Source: Candidatus Zixiibacteriota bacterium (lineage in GTDB: Bacteria; Zixibacteria; MSB-5A5; GN15; JAAZOE01). Taken from it: a stretch of 54,288 nucleotides of DNA. The stretch lies in contig JBDREQ010000024.1 in the NCBI GenBank assembly GCA_043819555.1, forward strand, positions 1-54,288, in the 5' to 3' direction. The position numbers and the translations under genes were made by a program. Under the pieces are notes generated by a model that saw nothing but the letters and a program-made list of their open reading frames with translations, searched no databases and had not been told where the DNA came from. Positions 46,098 to 54,288 of the stretch are shown here, in pieces; the first letter of the stretch is position 1, and every line of letters starts with the position of its first letter.

Positions 46098-48623
46098 ATG
46101 TTTTCAAAGTCATTATGTTCACTGACAATCATTTTAATCCTGATACTATCGCATCCGGCGTTGGGTCGTATGCTATATTCTGTAGAAAATGCGGATTCGG
46201 GCCTAACGTCTAATTCATATATTGAGGTTCTGCATCATGAGGATTATCTCTGGATGGCAGGGGGCAGAGGTCTGAGCTATTCTCCCGACGGGGGATTGTC
46301 ATGGTTTACTTATGATGCCGAAACCGGATTAAACGCGGATGAGCCATCGGCGATTTTTGGCCGCCCGGGACAGTTATGGGTAGCAACTTCGCATACCGAA
46401 CCTTATCAGGGGATGAATTTTCCCTTTGGGGACGGATTTAATTTGACCTATGACAAGGGCCAAAACTGGGAAAGCATGGCACCTTATGAAGCTTCAGGAT
46501 TTGGTCGTATTTGCTACGATCTGGCCGGCAATCAGCAGAGTACTTATGCCGCCTGTTTCCATGGCGGTTTAATTGTTAACCATGATTCTGATAATGCCGA
46601 CGCTTGGTCTCACATGTTCTTTTCAGTTATTGATTCGGCCGATTGGGCCGCCGATAATTGGGCCGATCTGGTGTCGGGACGGTATTATGCCTGCTACGTT
46701 GATACTTTTCATGCCGATACGATGGTTGTTTACGGAGGTACTGCCAAAGGTGTCCAGAAATTCCTCTATATTCCTAAGCGGGTAAAGCAGGGAGGTAATA
46801 ACATAACAGCCATTGCCGGAAACGATGATTTTATTTATATCGCCCATGAAAACGGAGTAAGTCAGACCGACACCGCTCTTAATATTTTTCATACTTCCGG
46901 GCTTGATACCGGAATACCCAGCCATTGGATTCGAGAAATGTTCATTTTTGGAAATAAAATCTGGGTGGCTCCCTTTAAGCAGATTGATACTTCCGGACTC
47001 GGTCTTTATTATGTGGACAATGCCGATCAGCTCTGGAGCATTTTTGATTCCACGCTATCCGGTCCCGACGATTTCTGGACAAAACTTCCGGCGACATATT
47101 TTGAGGGCGACGGCTCAGGAATTTACGATTTCAAAAACTTTAACGATTCCATATTATATGTTGCGGCCGGAGATAGCGGCGTTTTCCGAACCATCGATTT
47201 CGGCTTGACCTGGGAGAGGTTCTTCGTTGATTCTTCCGATATGAATTCTACTTCGCTCCGCAACCAGATACTTTCGATTGACGTAACCGAAGACACCGTT
47301 TTTCTTGGAACTCGGGCAGGATTGGTTAAAGCTTCTTATATACCTCCCTTCACCTTTGATTTCGATACGCTGATAACATTTGAAGAAAACGATTCTACCG
47401 GTTCGGTTGTCTCTATCGTTCGGCATCATCATGTTACTGATACTTTAGGAGATTATTCGTTCAAATGGATTGCTGTAGAACCGATCAATCCCGGTTCTGG
47501 CTCGGGTAATTACGCCGCCATCCAGATTCTTGATCAGGCCGATAAAACCCTGCATATACTTTACAGTAATAATCCAGCTACAATAATTAATGATATCGCT
47601 GTATCTGATTCGTTTACGACTTTTGCTACCTCTACTGGCCTAAGCGGGAACTACAATAAAAACCTGACTTCGATAAGCAACTTCTCCTTTATAACAAATG
47701 ATAATTCTACCGGTCAAACCCTGGTCAGCTACAGGTTTCAATCCGCCGATTGGATTGGTGATCGGCTTTTTGCCGGCTCGACGGGAGGATTCGGATATAG
47801 ATTAAACAATACTTCATGGCGTGTTTTCAAAACCAATACTAATCCCTTGAAACATGATTTGGCTGTAGTGCGTACCCGCGCCAATTCAGGCTTGCCTGGC
47901 GAATGGGTTGTAGCGCTGGATCAACAAGTCACCGGTTCCGATACTGTCCTCTGGGCAGCCTGCCGGGGAATTACGGATACTGTTCAACAGTACAATTCGG
48001 TCGCGTACAGCACTGATTTCGGAAATAGCTGGACGCGCGCTTTAACCAATGAAATGGTTTGGAACTTCGCTTTTGATAAGAACGGAGTTGTTTACGCCGC
48101 CGCGTCTGGCGGATTGTTTTATGCCCCCGATTCTCGGGACGAATGGCACAAAGCCGAAATTATTGATCCTTTTTCCAAAGATACAATCTGGACAGAAACG
48201 GAAATCTATTCGGTCGAGGTTGTTGATTCAATTCTCTGGGTGGGAACGTCATTTGGTATTGCCTACCGACCAATCGATAATATTGACAATTGGAATATCA
48301 TCAGGGTTTTTAAGAGAACCGACTCCGTCGATGACGTTTTTGCCGCTCCAGTGCCATTTTCACCTCTTAATCCAAACGGCCGCCTGACGCTTCATTATCG
48401 TGTAGAACAAAGCGCATATATAACTGTTGAGATTTACGATTTTGCCATGAACCTCGTCGCCGTCCCGACTGAAAATAGATTTCGCGAAGGCGGTGCGGAT
48501 TATTTCGAAACCTGGGACGGCTATAACCAGAATGATATGGTTGTCGCTACCGGGATGTACTTCTTTAAGGTTTCTTATTCCACCGGCCAGGAGTACTGGG
48601 GCCGTTTAGCTGTCATTCCTTGA
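46098..48623 (+). CDS. Secreted beta-propeller protein with FlgD-Ig-type C-terminal domain (PorZ-like architecture)
   Basis: Signal peptide; SxDxGxxW Asp-box repeats and LWxxT blades; C-terminal APVPFSP...WDG...GMYFFKV...WGRLAVIP. Confidence 0.72.
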   Translation: MFSKSLCSLTIILILILSHPALGRMLYSVENADSGLTSNSYIEVLHHEDYLWMAGGRGLSYSPDGGLSWFTYDAETGLNADEPSAIFGRPGQLWVATSHTEPYQGMNFPFGDGFNLTYDKGQNWESMAPYEASGFGRICYDLAGNQQSTYAACFHGGLIVNHDSDNADAWSHMFFSVIDSADWAADNWADLVSGRYYACYVDTFHADTMVVYGGTAKGVQKFLYIPKRVKQGGNNITAIAGNDDFIYIAHENGVSQTDTALNIFHTSGLDTGIPSHWIREMFIFGNKIWVAPFKQIDTSGLGLYYVDNADQLWSIFDSTLSGPDDFWTKLPATYFEGDGSGIYDFKNFNDSILYVAAGDSGVFRTIDFGLTWERFFVDSSDMNSTSLRNQILSIDVTEDTVFLGTRAGLVKASYIPPFTFDFDTLITFEENDSTGSVVSIVRHHHVTDTLGDYSFKWIAVEPINPGSGSGNYAAIQILDQADKTLHILYSNNPATIINDIAVSDSFTTFATSTGLSGNYNKNLTSISNFSFITNDNSTGQTLVSYRFQSADWIGDRLFAGSTGGFGYRLNNTSWRVFKTNTNPLKHDLAVVRTRANSGLPGEWVVALDQQVTGSDTVLWAACRGITDTVQQYNSVAYSTDFGNSWTRALTNEMVWNFAFDKNGVVYAAASGGLFYAPDSRDEWHKAEIIDPFSKDTIWTETEIYSVEVVDSILWVGTSFGIAYRPIDNIDNWNIIRVFKRTDSVDDVFAAPVPFSPLNPNGRLTLHYRVEQSAYITVEIYDFAMNLVAVPTENRFREGGADYFETWDGYNQNDMVVATGMYFFKVSYSTGQEYWGRLAVIP

Positions 48624-48633
48624 TCGGAGAAAT

Positions 48634-49611
48634 ATGATGAGAATATCCATAAAAAATATAGCTCTCTTTTTTATTCTAATTCTGTTGGCTTCGACTGCCC
48701 TCGGTGATGGTAACGGGGGCCAACCGGCCGCCTTTAAGACTATGGCGCTGGGAGGCCGCCCTTCAGCCATGGGCGGAGCATTTACCGCGATTGCCGAAGG
48801 CGGGGCGGCTCTATTATATAATCCGGCTGGAATTACTCAAACCAGAAAACACATTATTTCTTTTTCATATCGAGCTATGCATCTTGACCGCAGGCTGGGG
48901 TATGCCAATTTTCAGATGCCCACCAGAGAAATGGCCGCATTTGGCGTAACCTGGGTTCATGCCGGTACATCGCCATTGGAAGAACGGGATAATCAAGGCA
49001 ATATTCTCCCTGGTTTTGAAACAACCTATAGTGAAAATCTTTTAGGTGCGACCTTCGCAAAATTAATCGGCAGGAGTCTTTCTATTGGGGGCAAAGCGTA
49101 TTATATCCAAAACACAGTTTCAAATATAAACGCCTATACTGTCGGAATTGATTTCGGCGGTCTGTACAAAATGGATGTACGAAAAACTTCCCTGAAAAAT
49201 ATCTTTCCGCTGTTGAGATTTGGCCTGGTTGTTGAAAATTTGGGTGCGTCTTACAAATGGACTACCGGTAACTATTGGCTAACGCGAGGCTCTGAACGAG
49301 GTGCGACATACGAGGAAAAATTCCCTATAAATTATCGCGCTGGAATAGCTTTTGAAAACCCTGATAAATATATTCTGTCGGCCGATTTTGAAGTGAACTC
49401 GGAGTCGCAGTCCAAATTTCATGTGGGTGGAGAATATTCTTATCAAAAAATGTTATTTTTGAGGGCAGGCCTGAACGATGGTCGACCGACATTTGGAAGC
49501 GGGTTTCTTAAGAGATTTACATCTTTTGCACTTGCTATAGATATCTCGTATCTTACCGATCGAGTTGGGGAAGGCGATGATATACTGGTTTCTTTTGACG
49601 TAATTCTTTAA
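48634..49611 (+). CDS. PorV/PorQ-family outer-membrane barrel
   Basis: GGRPSAMGGAFTA.....YNPAG; beta-strand pattern; LRAG motif. Confidence 0.8.
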   Translation: MMRISIKNIALFFILILLASTALGDGNGGQPAAFKTMALGGRPSAMGGAFTAIAEGGAALLYNPAGITQTRKHIISFSYRAMHLDRRLGYANFQMPTREMAAFGVTWVHAGTSPLEERDNQGNILPGFETTYSENLLGATFAKLIGRSLSIGGKAYYIQNTVSNINAYTVGIDFGGLYKMDVRKTSLKNIFPLLRFGLVVENLGASYKWTTGNYWLTRGSERGATYEEKFPINYRAGIAFENPDKYILSADFEVNSESQSKFHVGGEYSYQKMLFLRAGLNDGRPTFGSGFLKRFTSFALAIDISYLTDRVGEGDDILVSFDVIL

Positions 49612-49626
49612 TGATGGATTGAGACT

Positions 49627-50523
49627 ATGACAAACAGGAATTTTCGATATTCGACAATAATCGCGATTATGGTTTTACTTACAGTTGCAATGCCGGTATT
49701 TGCGGGAACAGGACTCCTCAATATGCTCAACTTAACCGGATCTCGTCAATCGGCAATGGGCGAAACGGCAATGCTTGCTAGTCCCGATCCATTTAACCTG
49801 GAATATAATTCATCTTCTATTACGGGAATGACACGAGGAAAATTGGGTGTTTCATATAATAACTTTATTCAAAACCGAAGCACGAGTACATTGGCGATGA
49901 TATTTCCTGCGGCTGGGATCGATTTCGGGGTACATCTGCGACTCTCTTCCATTAATGGTATTGAAGCCCGCGATGAAACTGCCAGCGCCGACCCATTGTA
50001 CACTTTCAGCGCCCATGATTTCGCGATTAAAACATATGGGGCTTTTGATATCTCAGGTAGATTTTCCGCCGGAGTATCGCTAGGCTATTTACTCGAAAAG
50101 ATTGATGTTGATCGAGTTTCCACAGTAGTGATGGGGCTCAGTTCACGATATAAATTTGACCATGGTTTTAACGCTTATGCCTCCGTCGAAAATTTGGGTG
50201 GTAAATTTAAATATATCACCGAAGAGATGGATGCTCCGACAATTATAAGAATCGGGTCTCAATATCAGAAAAACTCCCTGGGATTCGCAATTGATTATAT
50301 CAATATCAAAAGCGGGGAGAGTCATATTCATATCGGAACCGAATATTTATACAATGAAATTTTGTATCTGCGGGCAGGATACCAAACCGGATACGACAAT
50401 AAAGATATTAGCGCCGGTTTGGGTTTTGTCTACAGAAATATGCGGATTGACTACGCTTTCATACCATACAAATCAGATTTGGGTAATTCTCATCGCTTCT
50501 CGTTTGTTTTGGATGTCAAATGA
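49627..50523 (+). CDS. PorV/PorQ-family outer-membrane barrel
   Basis: RQSAMGE, LRAGY, G.GF, IDYAF, LGNSHRFS. Confidence 0.8.
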   Translation: MTNRNFRYSTIIAIMVLLTVAMPVFAGTGLLNMLNLTGSRQSAMGETAMLASPDPFNLEYNSSSITGMTRGKLGVSYNNFIQNRSTSTLAMIFPAAGIDFGVHLRLSSINGIEARDETASADPLYTFSAHDFAIKTYGAFDISGRFSAGVSLGYLLEKIDVDRVSTVVMGLSSRYKFDHGFNAYASVENLGGKFKYITEEMDAPTIIRIGSQYQKNSLGFAIDYINIKSGESHIHIGTEYLYNEILYLRAGYQTGYDNKDISAGLGFVYRNMRIDYAFIPYKSDLGNSHRFSFVLDVK

Positions 50524-50619
50524 CACTATAGATAATTTCCGCTATTATTTCGAATTATGATTTGCATATCGTCAGATACATTGGATAATATGGCCGATAA
50601 CGAGTATGCTAGAGTCTTG

Positions 50620-51855
50620 TTAAGAACCGGAATTTCGAATGATTTCACCATTATGAATAACTAAACGCACATTTTTCAGATTGTCAATATCTTCAATTGG
50701 ATCACCATTGACTACGAGTATATCGGCTATTTTCCCTGCCTCAAGAGTGCCCAAATCGGATGATCGGTTGCAGGTGCAGGCTGCGTTTTTGGTACCGGCA
50801 ACTATAATCTGCATGGATGACATCCCTGCCTGAGCCATCCATTTCATTTCGTTGATCGGCATTCCAATTTGGAAAACAGCGTTATAGCCATCATAGTCCG
50901 TTCCAAGAGCGACCACTCCTCCAGACAGTACAAATTTCCGCAAATTGCTAATTGCCGAATCTCTAAGATTAGTATTAACATGGTGCCATGGTTCCAAAGT
51001 TGGTACCCAGAAAACGCTGTCTCCAATCATTACATCGATAAGTGATTTAGGAAGACTGCCTACTACCATGTGAGCGATATCATCAACGCAGGCCGCCAGC
51101 GCCTTTGCCAAATCGCCGGAAACGAGAATATGAGCAGAAGCAACTGTCCCGTTACTGTGCACAGTATTAACAACTGCCAGCGCCTCTTCCGGCGAAAGAG
51201 TGGGAATGACACGCCCGAAACTTGCGCCGGATTCTAACGCTAACTTAACAATATCGGCTCCGGCATTGAGTAACTCGGTAACTTTAGTTTGAGCATCTTC
51301 GGCAGAATCGACAGTAATCATGTTTAAACTTCCCCAGGGAACCAGAGGATATCCACCGGGCACACTGACCATTGGTCCGGCGGCTACAAGTCGCGCACAC
51401 GAATTATCTTTTGACATTTCTTCTTTCCAACCGAATAATGACGGACCTCCCAAATCGCGAACGGTTGTCACTCCGGCCTGTGCCCAGGCCTGGAGGTTTT
51501 CTTTATTAAATCCACTATGAATATGGGCATTGATAAAACCAGGTAAAACAGTCGCTCCTTCAACATCTATTATCTGGGCATTCTCCGGGACTACCGTCGA
51601 ATTCGCCGGACCAACTGCTACAATTACTCCTTCGCTTATAACGATTATTGCGTTTGGTATTGGGGCATCGCCCGTTCCGTCGATTATAACGCAATTAGTG
51701 ATAGCAAGGGCGTCTTTTAGAGGATCTTTAGGGGAATCTTTGGGCTCAACCACTTTGCCACAAGCAGAAAATACCCAGATTGTTGCAAGTATGAATGCTG
51801 CCAAGCCCTTTAGGTTGATATGGTCCGAAATTATTTTTTTTGCTGTGATGTCCAT
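50620..51855 (-). CDS. Amidohydrolase-family lipoprotein
   Basis: Lipobox FSA-C; PGFINAHIH, GVTTVRD, IAH, GTD, GTLEAGKIAD. Confidence 0.88.
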   Translation of the reverse strand: MDITAKKIISDHINLKGLAAFILATIWVFSACGKVVEPKDSPKDPLKDALAITNCVIIDGTGDAPIPNAIIVISEGVIVAVGPANSTVVPENAQIIDVEGATVLPGFINAHIHSGFNKENLQAWAQAGVTTVRDLGGPSLFGWKEEMSKDNSCARLVAAGPMVSVPGGYPLVPWGSLNMITVDSAEDAQTKVTELLNAGADIVKLALESGASFGRVIPTLSPEEALAVVNTVHSNGTVASAHILVSGDLAKALAACVDDIAHMVVGSLPKSLIDVMIGDSVFWVPTLEPWHHVNTNLRDSAISNLRKFVLSGGVVALGTDYDGYNAVFQIGMPINEMKWMAQAGMSSMQIIVAGTKNAACTCNRSSDLGTLEAGKIADILVVNGDPIEDIDNLKNVRLVIHNGEIIRNSGS

Positions 51856-51910
51856 ATCTTTAAGACGGATTTTACGGCGATTTGTTTATCCTGGTTAATG
51901 ACGGTGAACT

Positions 51911-52029
51911 GTTGCGAAGGAGCCTGAAAGGTTCCTGCTAAAAAGTAGGTCAGGCGCCCTACGCTCCTGACTATCGCGCAAGGCGCGATAAATAAATTAT
52001 ATGGCGGCATCGCAGGGATGCCGCCCTAC
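51911..52029. repeat. Cluster of REP-like palindromes (GTAG type)
   Basis: AGGAGCC-tgaaa-GGTTCCT; GTAG-GTCAGG..CCTGAC (51945-51971); TATCGCGC-aag-GCGCGATA; GGCGGCATC-gcagg-GATGCCGCC-CTAC (inverted GTAG). Confidence 0.65.
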
Positions 52030-52100
52030 TTACTAATCCTTTTCATGCATCGGCAAAAAAATATGTGTTAATGTAGCTTGACGGGAATCCATTCCAAAAA

Positions 52101-53660
52101 TTACCAAAAGATCTGAATCCCATCCTTTATTGAAAAAATACGTTCCTCGCGTCCGCCGTCCGATAATCTCAGCCAATAAAGTCCTCCCGAAGGGATCCCT
52201 TCGACGATGACAGAGCTTTTGTCGGCTTCGAATTCTTTTATGTCCTGCCAGCCGTTATCCCAATAAGAAAGCATATATGTCGCGCCAATTGTCAAATTAC
52301 CCAGTTTGCTGGTTTCGGTAGAAGCGGCCATTGCTCTCGTAGTTATTCCCGTCAATTTTACCGATAATCTGTTGTTCGTATCAGGCGTCAAAAATTCAAC
52401 CTGGCAATCTTCGGTCAAAATATACGGCGAGGCCAAAGGAACAACTTCTTCATTTTGATAACTGGCGGGAAGATAAACAATTCCGATTCCCATGTCGGTA
52501 AATGTAACACTGCCGTTTTCGATTCTGCCCCAGTGTATCGGTTGAAATTTGCCGCTGTTAAAAACGCAAATATAACCGATGTCGATGGAATCGGGAATCT
52601 CTTCGGTGCAGGATACCGTCACATCGCATACATTCATATAGTCGGCAGTGACGTCGGTATAATGTTTCCGGTTCAGCCATCTCGGTGCAGTATCCTGCTT
52701 GTTTGGCTGGAAAGCGAGATTTTGCAACTGCTTATCAAAGGTCTTTCGATATACCTTGGCGGCTTTATTGTGCAGTTCGTAATGTCCCGGATCGGCTTCG
52801 GCGCCCATAAACGGAACGACTGTACCTTCGGATGTGAGGATGGCATTCCAGGCATGGTTATTTCCGGTGTTAGCCCAAAATGGCGTAAAATCTGATGTTA
52901 CCGCCAGAGCATTAGCCCTGAGGGCAAATATTGCCATGTTGGTCATATCTTCACACCGACCCAGTCCCGATTCGAGCATTTCGGCCATGCCCTGATCAGT
53001 CGGATGAAAGTAATAGCGCGGATCGAAACCGAACCATTCGCGGACGTCCTTGTTGATATATCCAGCTGCTTCGACCGGGTCGGCGGGATTTTCCAGAAGC
53101 GTATCGATACCTTTGTATTTCTTTATGAAATGCGAGCGCCAATCTTCCAGCGGCTCGTTGCTTCCTCGATACGGCAAAACATAACGGCAGAAATCATCGA
53201 AACTCAAATGCGCCGCCCATGGTTTTTCCCGCCATGCGGCGAATGCCAGATCGATTTGATTAATCAAAAAATCAGCAGTGATTGTCTTGATATCCATAAT
53301 TTTATCGGTTGATTCATAATCCAGTTCGCCCCGGGCCTTTTCTATCGAATCGACGGCAACTGTCAGGATATCATAATTTTCATATGACAAAGGATCTATT
53401 TCGACCGTGTTTTTGGAAGTGTCGAACAGGCGGTAAGTAACATAGCAGTGATCTTCCATGTTGCCTATGAGAAAATATGCTGCCTGCAGTTTGAGTGAAT
53501 CACCGCTTTCCTTATAATGATCAATTACACGCACTAGCTCGGTTTTGTTATCGCCGGCCAAATCCAGCGCATCGGATACGTTTTGAGGAAAATTATTTTT
53601 CGAGCAGGCCGATAAAATAATCGCCAGGCTTATTGCCAATAGAGTCGTTACTTTTTTCAT
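52101..53660 (-). CDS. Transglutaminase-like domain lipoprotein
   Basis: Lipobox LSA-C; AGDNxxEL, AAYFLIGNM, YVLPYR..EPLE.WR; putative catalytic G.CED and NHAWN. Confidence 0.85.
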   Translation of the reverse strand: MKKVTTLLAISLAIILSACSKNNFPQNVSDALDLAGDNKTELVRVIDHYKESGDSLKLQAAYFLIGNMEDHCYVTYRLFDTSKNTVEIDPLSYENYDILTVAVDSIEKARGELDYESTDKIMDIKTITADFLINQIDLAFAAWREKPWAAHLSFDDFCRYVLPYRGSNEPLEDWRSHFIKKYKGIDTLLENPADPVEAAGYINKDVREWFGFDPRYYFHPTDQGMAEMLESGLGRCEDMTNMAIFALRANALAVTSDFTPFWANTGNNHAWNAILTSEGTVVPFMGAEADPGHYELHNKAAKVYRKTFDKQLQNLAFQPNKQDTAPRWLNRKHYTDVTADYMNVCDVTVSCTEEIPDSIDIGYICVFNSGKFQPIHWGRIENGSVTFTDMGIGIVYLPASYQNEEVVPLASPYILTEDCQVEFLTPDTNNRLSVKLTGITTRAMAASTETSKLGNLTIGATYMLSYWDNGWQDIKEFEADKSSVIVEGIPSGGLYWLRLSDGGREERIFSIKDGIQIFW

Positions 53661-53794
53661 TTTTAAATCTCCCAATGGTAAGAGTCAAAAGTACGCAATG
53701 CTCGCAATTCAGTCAATATCAAGGGAAGGAAATTAAGGCACAGATTGCAACCCCGTTTTGTTCACTCGCGGTAACTAAGATTATTACTTAAATT

Positions 53795-53866
53795 GTAGGG
53801 AAGGAGCCTGAAGGGCTCCTGCCAATCCTGCCATCGCGAGGAGGCCAAAGGCCGACGTGGCGATCT
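53795..53866. repeat. REP-like palindrome plus a second short intergenic repeat element
   Basis: GTAG-GGAAGGAGCC-tgaag-GGCTCCTGCC, a near copy of 51916-51938. It is followed by GCCATCGCGAGGAGGCC-aaa-GGCCGACGTGGCGATCT, resembling the widespread GTCATTGCGAGGAG...CGACGTGGCAATC element. Confidence 0.6.
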
Positions 53867-54162
53867 GTGGTTTTTTCAAAGTTATCCACATTTTCATTTA
53901 TGAAAATTCCTTGTAATTGCGTGGTTTGTTTTAGGTTGCCGGGAATTGGGTTCGTTTTGTCGTTTTTACTATTTTCTAAAAGCCTTCATCTCATTAATCG
54001 AAGACACTCATTGCTAAACCATTCTGTTCAGTAATGCGATTGAATTCTGAAATTGCATCGAATTTGATGGGCAATTGTTGATGCTCTTATGCGGGAACCC
54101 ACCCGAAAAAACGCTTCGCTTATTTTTCGGACGGGCCACCGAGGCAGAACAATAATTGATTT

Positions 54163-54186
54163 GTAGGGGCGGCTCGCGAGCCGCCC
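54163..54186. repeat. GTAG-type REP-like palindrome
   Basis: GTAG-GGGCGGCTC-gc-GAGCCGCCC. Confidence 0.65.
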
Positions 54187-54288
54187 GCGGGCGCCGCGCG
54201 ACCAGCCCCAACCGCGGATTGAGGTGATTTAAATTAATTTTATAAAAATAAAAGAATTTGTTGGATATTTTTTTTTTTTTTTATATGT

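Noticed and set aside
54014..54211. 65-aa minus-strand ORF
   Set aside because: It runs through a REP-like palindrome and has no recognisable motif or RBS.
54268..54282. T15 homopolymer
   Set aside because: At the window end in low-complexity sequence; more likely a contig-end artefact than a regulatory tract.

Overview
A gene-dense 54-kb bacterial chromosomal segment. It is probably from an FCB-superphylum anaerobe, most likely Candidatus Zixibacteria; this is inferred from the 'GDANxDGxxNVGDAVYLINxVFKGGPAP' dockerin, 'NYPNPFNP' FlgD-Ig/T9SS-type C-terminal domains and several PorV/PorQ-like barrels. In order it holds: two cohesin/dockerin-bearing secreted proteins; a porin plus two multiheme cytochromes (14 and 20 heme-binding motifs by manual count); a tandem amidohydrolase pair; tag, DUF2461 and a lipoate ligase; a TonB-dependent receptor/PorV-like/lipoprotein operon; a GT-C+TPR glycosyltransferase; S8 and M6 proteases; a housekeeping run (ecfT, truA, fsa/tal, purB, psd, pssA, purS, purQ, tatA); an FHA/metallophosphoesterase/CHASE2 Ser-Thr kinase operon; dusB, etfA, ppx; a PorZ-like propeller with two PorV/PorQ-like barrels; and two lipoproteins set among GTAG-type REP-like palindromes. 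The most striking observation is in the protein at 1851-4205. A ~300-aa insert splits a cohesin-like domain, and its 24 cysteines are mirror-symmetric (12+12) about a central turn. This suggests a very long disulfide-laddered beta-hairpin carrying about 30 D-S/T glycosylation-type motifs. No rRNA, tRNA, CRISPR array, transposase or phage gene was recognised. All calls are from motif reading only; no database searches were run.
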